NCBI GenBank assembly: GCA_964404275.1
Contig: CAYOJH010000002.1
Location: 19,042 to 83,041 of the forward strand
From: an uncultured Gammaproteobacteria bacterium
GTDB lineage: Bacteria > Patescibacteriota > Patescibacteriia > SG8-24 > DYFX01
Length of the DNA stretch: 64,000 nt
Direction: 5' to 3'
Below the pieces are notes generated by a model. That model had not been told where the DNA came from. It made no database searches and was given only the letters and a program-made list of their open reading frames with translations. This document shows, piece after piece, positions 1 to 9,867 of this stretch (positions are counted from its first letter, which is position 1; each line of letters starts with the position of its first letter). Made by a program: the position numbers and the translations under genes.

Positions 1-465
1 TGGGTGATTTCCTCTCACGTGCTTGAACATCTTCCGGATTTCGACAAAGGCCTTTCCGAGATCCACCGCGTCACGAAAAAGCGCGCGATCGTGGCGCTCC
101 CGACCTGCCTCAATCTGGCCGGCGCGTCGCAGCTCGGCGGCGCAGACTTCTGGCGCCTTTCGAAACGGGCGATCATTGCCTTGCCATGGGGACTTCTCCG
201 GATCCTCGGCAACCTCGGACGCGAAGGCGTCCAGGAAGGCTACGCCGGAGTCGGTGAGCTGCCGCACATCTGGCGCTACCCCTGGGTCATGCGCCGGCGT
301 CTTGAAAGAGGCGGCTTCCGGATCACGCGTTTCGAAGCCGCGACGCTCATGCTCCCGTATTTCACCTTCCTGCTGCCGCTGGTGAAACTGCTCGACCGCG
401 CCAAGCACCTGCCATTCTTCCGCAATTTCGGCTACGGCTCCGTCGCGGTCTTGGAGAAAAAATGA
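1..465 (+). CDS. Class I SAM-dependent methyltransferase, C-terminal part (5' truncated by window edge)
   Basis: SHVLEHL..D....EIHRV motif typical of Methyltransf_11/23; glycan-locus context. Confidence 0.75.
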   Translation, partial: WVISSHVLEHLPDFDKGLSEIHRVTKKRAIVALPTCLNLAGASQLGGADFWRLSKRAIIALPWGLLRILGNLGREGVQEGYAGVGELPHIWRYPWVMRRRLERGGFRITRFEAATLMLPYFTFLLPLVKLLDRAKHLPFFRNFGYGSVAVLEKK

Positions 466-470
466 ATCGC

Positions 471-497
471 AAAAAAGCCGCGCATGCCGCGGCTTTG
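471..497. terminator. Bidirectional intrinsic terminator between convergent genes
   Basis: AAAAAAGCCGCG-catgc-CGCGGCTTT hairpin flanked by A/T runs. Confidence 0.65.
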
Positions 498-499
498 TG

Positions 500-1816
500 T
501 CATCGACCTTTCCGCTTCAGCACGCTGTAAATTGTCTTCAGCACGATCGCGGCGTCGAGAGCGAGCGAGCGGTATTTTAGGTAGTAGAGATCGTGGCGCA
601 GCTTCATCAAGTGGTCTTCGCGCGTGGCGGCGTAGGGGGCGGAGACTTGGGCCCAGCCCGTCAGGCCGGGGCGCACCAGGTGCCGCACGGGGAAGAGAGG
701 AATCGTTTTCGACAATTCGTCCTCGATCTCCGGACGCTCGGGACGCGGGCCGACGAAGCTCATCTCGCCGCGCAGGATGTTCCAGAGCTGGGGGATCTCG
801 TCGAGGCGCGAGGCGCGCAGGAAGCGTCCGAACGACGTGACGCGCGGATCGTGTTCCTGGGCGAAAGCGGCGCCGTGCTTTTCCGCGTCGACGCGCATCG
901 TCCGGAATTTCACGATCGTGAACGGACGGCCGCCGTGGCCCACGCGCCGCTGGCGGTAGAAGACCGGACCGCGATCCGCGATCCAAACTCCTGCGGCGAT
1001 GCAGAGCGCCAAGAGCAGCGCCGGCACGGAGAAGAGCAGGGCGAGGAGCACGTCGCAGGCCCGCTTGGCGTGCTCATAGAACGACGTTTCCTGCGCGGCG
1101 AGGTTGTCGAGGATCCAGCGCTCGTTGAGCGCCGATTCCGGCACCGCGTGGCGGATTTTTTCGTAGAACGTCGGCAGATCGAAGATCGTGACCGCCTGGA
1201 AGAATTTTCGGTACAAGCGCGCGGTCATCTCCGGAAGATGTTGCAGGTGCCGCGAGACGACGATCAAGTCGGAGGCCGGAAGGTTTTCATGCGAGCCGTC
1301 GTCCAGGACGCCGACGCAGGTATAGCCGAGATGCGTGTTCAGCTTCAGAATCTCGCAAAGCGTTCGCGCTTCTTCGCCGCCGCCGAGGAACAGCACCTTC
1401 AGGCGGAAGCGTTCGGCGGAAAACAGATCCATCGTCGCGAGCCGCCAGCCGAAGAACAGCGCCGCGTAGAGCGCGACGACGATCACGAGATTGGTTTTCG
1501 GCGCGATGCCGATGCCGGGAACGAAATAGAAGACCGCCATCGTGACCGCGAAGGCGGCGATCAACGCTTCGCCGGCGCGGGCGGCCAGCTCGATCTTGCT
1601 GCGCAAGGCGTCGAAATCGTAGAGGCCGACGATGTAGAAGATCGCGAGCCAGCAGGCGAAGACGATCGTGAACGGCCCGGCGTGCTCTGGCCAGTGCTGG
1701 CGATAGCCGGCGGGGCCGTAGCGCAGCACGAGCGCCGAGAGCAACGAAAGATAGGCGGCCAGGAGATCTCCCGCCGCCAGGATGAGCAGTTTGAATCGGC
1801 GCAGATCGCCAGCCAT
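500..1816 (-). CDS. Priming polyprenyl-phosphate glycosylphosphotransferase (WcaJ/WbaP-like sugar transferase)
   Basis: N-terminal TM helices; C-terminal KFRTM, DPRVT..GRFLR..RLDEIPQLWNIL.GEMSFVGPRPE, RPGLTGWAQV motifs; start moved to MAGDL (1816). Confidence 0.92.
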   Translation of the reverse strand: MAGDLRRFKLLILAAGDLLAAYLSLLSALVLRYGPAGYRQHWPEHAGPFTIVFACWLAIFYIVGLYDFDALRSKIELAARAGEALIAAFAVTMAVFYFVPGIGIAPKTNLVIVVALYAALFFGWRLATMDLFSAERFRLKVLFLGGGEEARTLCEILKLNTHLGYTCVGVLDDGSHENLPASDLIVVSRHLQHLPEMTARLYRKFFQAVTIFDLPTFYEKIRHAVPESALNERWILDNLAAQETSFYEHAKRACDVLLALLFSVPALLLALCIAAGVWIADRGPVFYRQRRVGHGGRPFTIVKFRTMRVDAEKHGAAFAQEHDPRVTSFGRFLRASRLDEIPQLWNILRGEMSFVGPRPERPEIEDELSKTIPLFPVRHLVRPGLTGWAQVSAPYAATREDHLMKLRHDLYYLKYRSLALDAAIVLKTIYSVLKRKGR

Positions 1817-1889
1817 AGCGCCTTGAGGATAGCGAAAAACGGCTTGAAACTCAAGCCGGAACGGCGTAGAGTGGGAACGCATCGCACGC

Positions 1890-2972
1890 ATGCGCATCGC
1901 GTTTTTGACGACAACATTGGACGAAACCATCGGCTGGGGCCGCTATGCCGCCGGCTTTTTGGCCGAAGCGCGCCGCCGGAACGGCGCGGAAAACGTGCTC
2001 GCGCCCGATCCCGCGCGCTTGCGTTCGGGAAACATCCGCTGGAAGCAGCCGTTTCTGGCGCTCTCCGACGCTTTCGCGCTTCGGAAGGAATTGAAAAATG
2101 CCGACGTGATTCACGCGGCCATCGAGCCGGCCGCGCCGCTCGCGTTTTTCCTGTCGCTCCTGCTCCGCAAGCCGTACGTCGTGTCGGTCTGCGGCACCTT
2201 TGCCGACATCGCATCGTATTCGTGGCCGATACGCTGGCTGTATCGCTTGGCATTCCAGCGAGCCGGACGCGTTGCCGTCTTGAGTCGCTATACCTTGAAA
2301 GTGTTCGAGCGCGGCGTGAAGGACGCGAAGACGACGATTGTCTACGGAGGATTCGTGCCGGCTGCGCATGCGCCGAAAAAAGAGCGCATCAGTTCCCAGC
2401 GCCGCATCTTGGCCGTCGGCGCGATCAAGCCGCGCAAAGGATTCCACACGCTCCTCGAAGCGCTCGGTGCGCTGAAAAAAGAAGGCTTCGCCTTCCGCGC
2501 AGATTGCGTGGGACCGAAAGACGAAAGCGCGTATGTCAAAAAACTTGAAACGCGCCTCAGGGAACTCGCGCTCGAAGATGTCGTCACGTTTCACGGCCGC
2601 GTTTCGGAAGCGATGCTTCATCGGTTCTACGCGGATGCCGATCTTTTCGCGCTGCCGTCGGAGCACAGCGGCACGGCTTTCGAGGGCCTCGGTCTCGTCT
2701 ATCTTGAAGCGATGACGGTCGGCTTGCCGGTCATCGGCTGCCTCGATTCCGGCGCGGAAGACGTCATCCAAGACGGCCTGAACGGACGACTCGTGCCGCC
2801 CGGAAACGCGCAGACACTGGCGGCCGCGATCAAGGAAATTCTCGGTGATGAATCGAAGTGGAAGCAAATGAGCGAGGCCGCGCCTGGCAGCATCGAGCGC
2901 TTCCGCTGGGAAAACGTCGGCGCAGAGATGGACGCCGCCTATCGCGCCGCGCTTGCCGCGTATGCCCGCTGA
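1890..2972 (+). CDS. Glycosyltransferase family 4 (GT-B)
   Basis: VGAIKPRKG and FEGLGLVYLEAM..GLPVI motifs. Confidence 0.9.
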   Translation: MRIAFLTTTLDETIGWGRYAAGFLAEARRRNGAENVLAPDPARLRSGNIRWKQPFLALSDAFALRKELKNADVIHAAIEPAAPLAFFLSLLLRKPYVVSVCGTFADIASYSWPIRWLYRLAFQRAGRVAVLSRYTLKVFERGVKDAKTTIVYGGFVPAAHAPKKERISSQRRILAVGAIKPRKGFHTLLEALGALKKEGFAFRADCVGPKDESAYVKKLETRLRELALEDVVTFHGRVSEAMLHRFYADADLFALPSEHSGTAFEGLGLVYLEAMTVGLPVIGCLDSGAEDVIQDGLNGRLVPPGNAQTLAAAIKEILGDESKWKQMSEAAPGSIERFRWENVGAEMDAAYRAALAAYAR

Positions 2973-3933
2973 ACGCTTACGCGGTCTCTTCGGCGAACGC
3001 GTGAAAGAACGCGAAGCGCTGGCCAAGCACGTCAACATCCGCTTGGGCGGTCCGGCCGATTTTTATTTCGAAGCGAAAACCTCCGACGAGCTCGCGCAGG
3101 TCGTCGAAGCCGCGCTCGCGGATGGCTTGTCGTACGCCGTCCTCGGCGGGGGATCGAACACGTTGCCGAGCGACGAAGGCTTCCGCGGCCTGGTCATTCA
3201 AGCCTCGAATCGCGGCTGGAAGATCGAGGGCGCGCGCGTGTCGGCCGAAGCGGGCGTGCCGTCGGGTTTCTTGGCGCGTAAAACGGCCGAAGCGGGACTG
3301 ACGGGCTTCGAATGGGCGGTCTCGCTGCCGGGCACGATCGGCGGCGCGGTGCGCGGCAACGCGGGCTGCTTCGGCGGAGAAACGAAGGATGCGCTCGTGT
3401 CCGTCGAAACGCTACGCGTCAATGGCGGAACGACGGAACGCGTGACGTATGACAAGGAAGCCTGCGCCTTCGGCTACCGCGATTCCGTTTTCAAGCGGAA
3501 CGGCGAGGTGATCCTGTCAGCGACGTTCACGCTTGCGCCGGCTTCGAAAGAAACATGCCTCACCAAGCTCGAAGCCGTGCTTGCAGAGCGAAAGGAAGAG
3601 CAGCCGAGCAACGCGCCCTCCGCCGGCTGCATGTTCAAGAATTTCGAATTCAAGGACGAAAGCGAGGTCTCGACATTGAAAAGCGCCGCGCGCGTCCCCG
3701 AAGCTTTTTTGGCCGCCAAGCGCATTCCCGCCGGCTGGCTGATCGAGCGGTCCGGCCTCAAGGGCGCCACGATCGGCGGCGCGCAGGTGTCCGAGAAGCA
3801 CGGTAATTTCTTGGTGAATCTCGGAAACGCGACGGCGTCGGACGTGGTGCAGCTCATCTCGCGGATCAAGATGAAGATCCGCGACGGGTACGGCCTCCAG
3901 CTCGAGGAAGAAGTGCAGCTGCTGGGTTTTTAA
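2962..3933 (+). CDS. murB: UDP-N-acetylenolpyruvoylglucosamine reductase
   Basis: LGGPAD, LGGGSN, LPGTIGGAVRGNAG, FGYRDS, SAGCMFKN, KHGNF, LEEEV motifs. Confidence 0.95.
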   Translation: MPAERLRGLFGERVKEREALAKHVNIRLGGPADFYFEAKTSDELAQVVEAALADGLSYAVLGGGSNTLPSDEGFRGLVIQASNRGWKIEGARVSAEAGVPSGFLARKTAEAGLTGFEWAVSLPGTIGGAVRGNAGCFGGETKDALVSVETLRVNGGTTERVTYDKEACAFGYRDSVFKRNGEVILSATFTLAPASKETCLTKLEAVLAERKEEQPSNAPSAGCMFKNFEFKDESEVSTLKSAARVPEAFLAAKRIPAGWLIERSGLKGATIGGAQVSEKHGNFLVNLGNATASDVVQLISRIKMKIRDGYGLQLEEEVQLLGF

Positions 3934-3941
3934 GCGCTTTC

Positions 3942-5243
3942 ATGTCGACACTCCGCGAGAAAGCCAAGCGCGTGCTGGCCTGGTCCCAGACCTATGCCAA
4001 AACCGACATGGTCTATGTGGCCAAGAGCGGTTTTTGGACCACGCTGAATTTCGCGGTCGGCGGCGCGGTCGCGCTGCTGCTCGCGGCCGCTTTCGCCAAC
4101 CTGCTGCCGAAAGAAACCTACGGTACCTATAAATACATCCTGTCGATCGCCGGCGCCTTCGGTTTCCTGTCGCTGACCGGCATGAACACGGCGGTGACTC
4201 GCGCGACCGCGCGCGGTCATGACGGCGCGCTGCCGGAATCGGTCCGGATCCAGCTGCGTTGGAATCTGATCTACACCGCGGTCCTGACCTGCTTGGGCGC
4301 GTACTACCTGGTGCGCCACGGCGCGTTCGCGCTCGGCGTTTCGCTGTTGATCCTGGGCGCGCTGACGCCGCCGGCCTGGGCCTTCGCCACCTTCTCGTCG
4401 CTCTTGGCCGGCAAGAAGGATTTCAAACGAAGTGCCAAATATTCGATCCTCGGCTCGCTGCTGTACCTGGCGATCATGCTGATCGGCATCGTCTTCGGCC
4501 GCTCGCCGACGTGGCTGGTCGTCGCGTACGCGATCAGCAACTGCCTCGTGTACGCGCTGCTCTACGCGCTGACGATCGCCAGATACAAGCCGAAAGGCAT
4601 GGACGCGGCCGAGCGCCGCGAGATGCTCGACTTCAGCAAGCACCTCAGCGTCGTGAACGTCTTCGCCACGATCGCGCAGCAGATCGACAATATCGCGGTC
4701 TTCAAATTCCTGGGGCCCGCGCAGCTGGCCGTCTATGCCTTCGCCGGACTCATGCCCGACCGGATCCGCAATTTCGGCAAGACGGGCATGGGCATCATCA
4801 TGCCCAAGCTTTCGGCCAAGAATCTGCCGGAGGTCATGCGCTCGTTTCGTTTGCGTCTCGTCCAAAGCTTCGCGATCGGCACGCTCTTCGCCGTCGGCTA
4901 CGTGCTGATCGCGCCGCCACTCTTCCGTCTGTTATTTCCGCGCTACGTCGACGCGATCTTGTATTCGCAACTGATCGCCCTGAACCTGGTCTTCACGGTG
5001 CCGATCACCTACATGGCCTACGTCCACCAATCCCAGAAGCTGATTCCCGAGATTTACGCGACCAGCCTGGCGTCAAACGGGTTGCGCATCGCGCTCATGC
5101 CGATCGGCGGCGCACTTTTCGGCATCCTGGGCGTGATCGCGGGCAAGTTGGTCGGCAACATGTTCGGCGTGCTCATCAGCGCCCTGGCGCTGAGGCGGGC
5201 GCTCAAGCGGCACGCGGTTGCCAGTTCTGAGCCCGTCGCGTAG
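3942..5243 (+). CDS. Wzx-like oligosaccharide flippase
   Basis: Many TM helices, polysaccharide-export pattern; N-terminus (KTDMVYVAKSGFW) paralogous to 16379-17671. Confidence 0.8.
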   Translation: MSTLREKAKRVLAWSQTYAKTDMVYVAKSGFWTTLNFAVGGAVALLLAAAFANLLPKETYGTYKYILSIAGAFGFLSLTGMNTAVTRATARGHDGALPESVRIQLRWNLIYTAVLTCLGAYYLVRHGAFALGVSLLILGALTPPAWAFATFSSLLAGKKDFKRSAKYSILGSLLYLAIMLIGIVFGRSPTWLVVAYAISNCLVYALLYALTIARYKPKGMDAAERREMLDFSKHLSVVNVFATIAQQIDNIAVFKFLGPAQLAVYAFAGLMPDRIRNFGKTGMGIIMPKLSAKNLPEVMRSFRLRLVQSFAIGTLFAVGYVLIAPPLFRLLFPRYVDAILYSQLIALNLVFTVPITYMAYVHQSQKLIPEIYATSLASNGLRIALMPIGGALFGILGVIAGKLVGNMFGVLISALALRRALKRHAVASSEPVA

Positions 5244-5254
5244 ACTCTCGGCGT

Positions 5255-6259
5255 ATGCAGAAAACCGCTTTCGTCACCGGCATCCTTGGCCAGGACGGCC
5301 CGTATCTCGCGCAGCTGCTTCATGAGAAAGGCTATCGCGTCTACGGCCTGATTCCGCGCCACTCGAATCCGAATTTTTCGAATACGGATTACCTCGGCGT
5401 GACCGACGCGATCGAATTCGTGACCGGCGACATGTCGGATGAAGGCTCGCTCCTGCACCTCATCCGCGCGACGCGGCCGGACGAAGTCTATAACCTGGCG
5501 GCGCAGTCGTTCGTCGGCGCGTCCTGGGATCTCGCCAGGCTGACGACCGAAGTCAACGCCCTCGGCGTGCTCTATCTTTTGAACGCGATCAAACATCATC
5601 AGCCGACCGCCAAATTTTATCAGGCCTCGACCAGCGAAATGTTCGGCAACAGTTCGGAGGACGGCGGCGTGCAGACGGAAAACACGCCCTTTCATCCGCG
5701 CAGCCCGTACGCCATCTCGAAATTGTACGCGTATTGGATGACGGTCAATTTCCGCGAAAGTTACGGCATGTTCACGGCCAATGGCATCCTCTTCAACCAC
5801 GAATCGCCGATCCGCGGCAAGGAATTCGTGACGCGCAAGATTACCGACGGCGTCGCCAGGATCAAGCTCGGTCTGGCCGACGAGATCCGCCTCGGCAACC
5901 TCGACGCGCGCCGCGACTGGGGTTTCGCCGGCGACTACGTCGACGCGATGTGGCGGATGCTTCAGCAGCATGAAGGAAACGACTATCTCGTCTCGACGGG
6001 GGAGACGCATTCGATCCGCGAATTCCTGGACGCCGCCTTCGCGCACGCCGGCGTCGAAGATTGGCAACACTACGTGAAGATTGATCCGCGCCACAAGCGC
6101 CCGGCCGAAGTCAACGTGCTTCAGGGCAAGGCGCACAAAGCCGCCGAAACGCTCGGCTGGAAACCGACCGTCGGCTTCCAGGAACTCGTGGCCATGATGG
6201 TCGACGCCGATCTGGAACGCCACAGAGCGACGCTTGCCAAACGCGTCTTTTCGGTATAA
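5255..6259 (+). CDS. gmd: GDP-mannose 4,6-dehydratase
   Basis: TGILGQDG.YL, YNLAAQSFV, QASTSEMFG, PRSPYAISK, GILFNHESP.RG, LGNLDA.RDWG. Confidence 0.95.
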   Translation: MQKTAFVTGILGQDGPYLAQLLHEKGYRVYGLIPRHSNPNFSNTDYLGVTDAIEFVTGDMSDEGSLLHLIRATRPDEVYNLAAQSFVGASWDLARLTTEVNALGVLYLLNAIKHHQPTAKFYQASTSEMFGNSSEDGGVQTENTPFHPRSPYAISKLYAYWMTVNFRESYGMFTANGILFNHESPIRGKEFVTRKITDGVARIKLGLADEIRLGNLDARRDWGFAGDYVDAMWRMLQQHEGNDYLVSTGETHSIREFLDAAFAHAGVEDWQHYVKIDPRHKRPAEVNVLQGKAHKAAETLGWKPTVGFQELVAMMVDADLERHRATLAKRVFSV

Positions 6260-6275
6260 ACTGCCCTCACCCCAT

Positions 6276-6587
6276 ATGCGTATCAATCGCATCAAAGCCA
6301 CCGGAATCGAGCTGACCGACGCCATCAAGGATGCTGTCGAGAAGGAAATGTCCTCGCTTGACGAGCTTGTTTCTCGCTGGGGCGAGGCCGTGCACGCCGA
6401 CGTCGAAGTCGGCCGGACCTCGAACCACCATCACAAAGGCGACGTGCATCGCGCCGAGATCAACCTGCACCTGGGCGGCAAGACGCTGCGCGCCGAGCAC
6501 GAAGGCCAAGACCTCTACGTCGTCATCAAAGAGACGGTGCGCACGATGCATCGCGAAGTGGTCAAGGAAAAGGAACGCCACGGCTGA
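6276..6587 (+). CDS. hpf: Ribosome hibernation promoting factor (HPF/RaiA, short form)
   Basis: IKAT.IELTDAI...EVGR...HHKG.V..AEINL....LRAE....DLY pattern; directly upstream of secA. Confidence 0.85.
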   Translation: MRINRIKATGIELTDAIKDAVEKEMSSLDELVSRWGEAVHADVEVGRTSNHHHKGDVHRAEINLHLGGKTLRAEHEGQDLYVVIKETVRTMHREVVKEKERHG

Positions 6588-6593
6588 ACCCGC

Positions 6594-9344
6594 ATGTCCA
6601 TCTTCCGGAAGATTTTCGGCGATCCGAACGCCCGCGTCGTCGCCAACCTCCAACCCGTCGTCGACCGGATCAACGCGCTTGAAAAAGACATCCAAGCGCT
6701 CTCCGACGACGGCCTGGCGGCCAAAACCGGCGAACTCAAAGAGCGTTTGAAGAACGGCGCGACGCTTGATGATGTCCTGCCGGAAGCGTTTGCGTTGGTC
6801 CGCGAAGCCGCGCGCCGGACGCTCGGGCAGCGCCACTACGACGTTCAGCTGGTCGGCGGCATGGTCCTGCATGAAGGCGGCATCGCCGAAATGCGGACCG
6901 GTGAAGGCAAAACGCTGGTCGCCACCACGTCCGTCTATTTGAATGCGCTCGAAGGCAAGGGCGTGCACGTCATCACCGTCAACGATTATCTCGCGCGCCG
7001 CGACGCCGGTTGGATGGGCCGCGTCTATCATCGCTTGGGCCTCTCGACGGCCTGCATCAACCATCAGTCCGCCTACCGCTACGATCCGCTGTACAAGGCG
7101 GCGGCGAAGCCGGAAGAGGGCGCGGCGGTCGAAATCAAAGCCGTCGACACGACGGCCGCGTTTCATGTCGACATGGACGAGATGCGCCCGATCGGGCGCA
7201 AGGAGGCCTACCTGGCCGACATCACCTACGGCACCAACAACGAATTCGGTTTCGATTACCTGCGCGACAACATGGTGACCGTGCCGGATCAGGCGGTCCA
7301 GCGCGAACTGCACTACGCGGTCGTCGATGAAATCGACTCGATCTTGATCGACGAAGCGCGCACGCCGCTCATCATTTCCGCGCCGGCCGAGGAATCTTCG
7401 GAGCAGTATTATCATTTCGCCGACGTCGTCCGTCCGCTTGAAGAGGGGAAGGATTACAACGTCGATGAAAAGATGCGCGGCGTGGCCTACACGGAAGACG
7501 GCCAGAACCGCGTTTCGAAAGCGCTGAACAACGATCCGTGGAAGACGTCGGACATCATCACGATCTATCACTTGGAAGCCGCGTTGCGCGCCAAGGCGCT
7601 CTTCCATCTCGACAAGGAATACGTCGTGCGCGACGGCGAAGTCGTGATCGTCGACGAATTCACCGGCCGCCTCATGCCGGGCCGCCGCTATTCGGAAGGC
7701 CTGCATCAGGCCATCGAGGCCAAAGAAAAAGTCAAGATCCAGCGCGAAAGCCGCACGCTCGCGACCGTCACGTTCCAAAATTATTTCCGTTTGTACAAAA
7801 AATTGTCGGGCATGACAGGCACTGCGGCCACCGAGGCCGAGGAATTCGCCAAGATCTACAAGCTCGAAGTCACCACCATCCCGACCAACAAGCCGGCCCA
7901 GCGCCTCGACCTGACGGATCGCGTCTACAAAAACCATTCGGGAAAGTTCGCGGCCGCGGTGCAGGAAATCAAGGCGCGTCACGAAAAAGGCCAGCCCGTC
8001 CTGGTCGGCACGATTTCGATCGACCAGAACGAAGAACTTTCGCATCTCCTCGAACTCGAAGGCGTGCCGCATCAGGTGCTGAACGCCAAGAACCATGAGC
8101 GCGAAGGCGAAATCATCGCGCAAGCCGGCCGCAAGAGCGGCGTGACGATCGCCACCAACATGGCCGGCCGCGGCGTCGACATCATCTTGGGCGGCAACCC
8201 GTACGAGGCGGCCAAGGCCGCGGAAGTCCGCGAGCTCGGCGGCCTGATGGTCATCGGCACCGAGCGTCATGAATCGCGCCGCATCGACAACCAGCTTCGC
8301 GGCCGCGCCGGCCGCCAGGGCGATCCGGGCACCTCGCAATTCTACGTCTCGATGGAAGACGATTTGATGCGCATCTTCGGTTCGGACCGGATGAAGAACA
8401 TGATGGACAAGCTCGGCATTCCCGACGACATGCCGATCGAGAACGGCCTGGTCTCCAAGTCGATCGAATCCGCGCAGCACAAAGTGGAAGGCCACAACTT
8501 CGACATCCGCAAGCACCTCCTCGAATACGACGACGTGCTCAACAAGCATCGCGAAGGCTTCTATCGTCGCCGCAAGGAAATGCTGTTGTCGGACGGCGAA
8601 ACCGTCCGGACGAGCGTCTTCGAGATGATCGAGCGCGAAGTCGAACAGGTGACGCTCTTCCACACGCCGACCGAAAACGAAGCGGAGTGGAACCTCGAGG
8701 AAATCTACGAGGTCATGTCGACGATCTTCCCCGTGCCGAACGAGACGCGCATCAAGATGGACGGCATCCACACCGCTCTCGAGGCGAAAGAGGACAAGCT
8801 GGCCGGCATCCACGCCCGCACGGCCATCATCCAATACCTGACCGGCATCGCCCGCGCCCAGTTCGACAAGATCGAGCGCGAGATCGGCCTCGAGATGCTG
8901 ACGCAGGTCTGCCGCGGCTTGTCGCTGCGCGCCATGGACAACTTCTGGATCGAGCATCTCGACGCGATCGATCACCTGCGCAAAGGCATCGGCCTGCGTG
9001 GCTACGGCCAGCGCGATCCGCTCGTCGAATACAAGAAGGAGGCCTATCGCATGTGGAACGAATTGCTCCATGCGATCGAGCGCCAGATCGTCTACGCCGT
9101 CTACAAAGTCCAAGTCGCCGCCCAATTCGCGCCGTCGCTTTTGGAACAGGGTGGCATCACCGTCAGCGCGCCGGCCAAAGAATCCCCCTTCGCCAAGGCT
9201 TCGGGGGACGAGGGGTTGTTTGATAAAGCGCCAGCCACGAGCATCGACGCAGGCTTGCCCGCCGTAGCTTCAGCGAAGGTGGGCCGCAACGACCCGTGCC
9301 CGTGCGGCTCGGGAAAGAAGTATAAGAAGTGCCACGGGGCCTGA
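6594..9344 (+). CDS. secA: Preprotein translocase ATPase SecA with C-terminal SEC-C zinc motif
   Basis: [73 protein letters not shown]. Confidence 0.98.
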   Translation: MSIFRKIFGDPNARVVANLQPVVDRINALEKDIQALSDDGLAAKTGELKERLKNGATLDDVLPEAFALVREAARRTLGQRHYDVQLVGGMVLHEGGIAEMRTGEGKTLVATTSVYLNALEGKGVHVITVNDYLARRDAGWMGRVYHRLGLSTACINHQSAYRYDPLYKAAAKPEEGAAVEIKAVDTTAAFHVDMDEMRPIGRKEAYLADITYGTNNEFGFDYLRDNMVTVPDQAVQRELHYAVVDEIDSILIDEARTPLIISAPAEESSEQYYHFADVVRPLEEGKDYNVDEKMRGVAYTEDGQNRVSKALNNDPWKTSDIITIYHLEAALRAKALFHLDKEYVVRDGEVVIVDEFTGRLMPGRRYSEGLHQAIEAKEKVKIQRESRTLATVTFQNYFRLYKKLSGMTGTAATEAEEFAKIYKLEVTTIPTNKPAQRLDLTDRVYKNHSGKFAAAVQEIKARHEKGQPVLVGTISIDQNEELSHLLELEGVPHQVLNAKNHEREGEIIAQAGRKSGVTIATNMAGRGVDIILGGNPYEAAKAAEVRELGGLMVIGTERHESRRIDNQLRGRAGRQGDPGTSQFYVSMEDDLMRIFGSDRMKNMMDKLGIPDDMPIENGLVSKSIESAQHKVEGHNFDIRKHLLEYDDVLNKHREGFYRRRKEMLLSDGETVRTSVFEMIEREVEQVTLFHTPTENEAEWNLEEIYEVMSTIFPVPNETRIKMDGIHTALEAKEDKLAGIHARTAIIQYLTGIARAQFDKIEREIGLEMLTQVCRGLSLRAMDNFWIEHLDAIDHLRKGIGLRGYGQRDPLVEYKKEAYRMWNELLHAIERQIVYAVYKVQVAAQFAPSLLEQGGITVSAPAKESPFAKASGDEGLFDKAPATSIDAGLPAVASAKVGRNDPCPCGSGKKYKKCHGA
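9184..9283. repeat. Inverted pair of ~30-bp REP-like elements inside the secA 3' linker
   Basis: 9184-9212 CCCCCTTCGCCAAGGCTTCGGGGGACGAG versus reverse complement of 9254-9283 CCCACCTTCGCTGAAGCTACGGCGGGCAAG; third copy at 58856-58885. Confidence 0.75.
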
Positions 9345-9354
9345 CGAGACGGAA

Positions 9355-9381
9355 AGAAAAAACCTCCCTTGATCGGGAGGT
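9355..9381 (-). terminator. Intrinsic terminator (minus strand, possibly bidirectional)
   Basis: A-run then ACCTCCC-ttgatc-GGGAGGT hairpin between convergent genes. Confidence 0.6.
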
Positions 9382-9737
9382 CAGCCGAAGTCGACTTCGA
9401 AGTCGCGGCCGCAGGTCGGGCAATGGTAGGGGACGACGTCGCCCTCCCATTCGGGGTTGACGTCGACGGCCTCGACATGGATCCAGTACTCGGACGCGGG
9501 CGCGTCGGCGGGACAGGGGTGATCCTTGGTGCAGTACTTGGTCTTGACCATGAAGTCGTGCGCCCAGTCCTGGGTATAGCGACAGCCATCTTCGGCGCAG
9601 CGCCAGCCGGCCGTCTCGGCTCTGAGCGGCGCGTCCGGATGGGTCGGGCACGTGAACGGGCGCATCGAGCCCCAGCGCTGCCAGGCGTTGAGGGCTTCGA
9701 CCTGGGCGTCGTTGAACGGCGCTTGGATTTTCGACAT
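9381..9737 (-). CDS. Small Cys/His-rich putative double zinc-binding protein (118 aa)
   Basis: AGGAG SD before ATG 9737; PFTC..H, WRC....C.Y.Q.WAH, C...HPC, WIH, CPTCG clusters. Confidence 0.65.
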   Translation of the reverse strand: MSKIQAPFNDAQVEALNAWQRWGSMRPFTCPTHPDAPLRAETAGWRCAEDGCRYTQDWAHDFMVKTKYCTKDHPCPADAPASEYWIHVEAVDVNPEWEGDVVPYHCPTCGRDFEVDFG

Positions 9738-9867
9738 GACGGCTCCTGAAAAAGGACGAGGGTCTACAGACGGTATACCATGACCGGAATCGGACATGAA
9801 AGCCGCGGAGCTTGACGACGGCGAAATTCCTGAATCCGACGGCATACGCTATAGTGGCGGGGTTGTT

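Noticed and set aside
7060-7200. Insertion in SecA NBD1 (YRYDPLY...VDMDEMRP) as a possible intein or repeat
   Set aside because: No intein Cys/His-Asn termini and normal codon usage; probably a lineage-typical variable loop
6267-9125. 952-aa antisense ORF opposite secA (similar ones at 593-2548, 21558-23219, 25091-26803, 37183-38988, 40825-42609, 61653-63368)
   Set aside because: Shadow ORFs caused by high GC3 codon bias of well-supported genes on the other strand; no recognisable motifs
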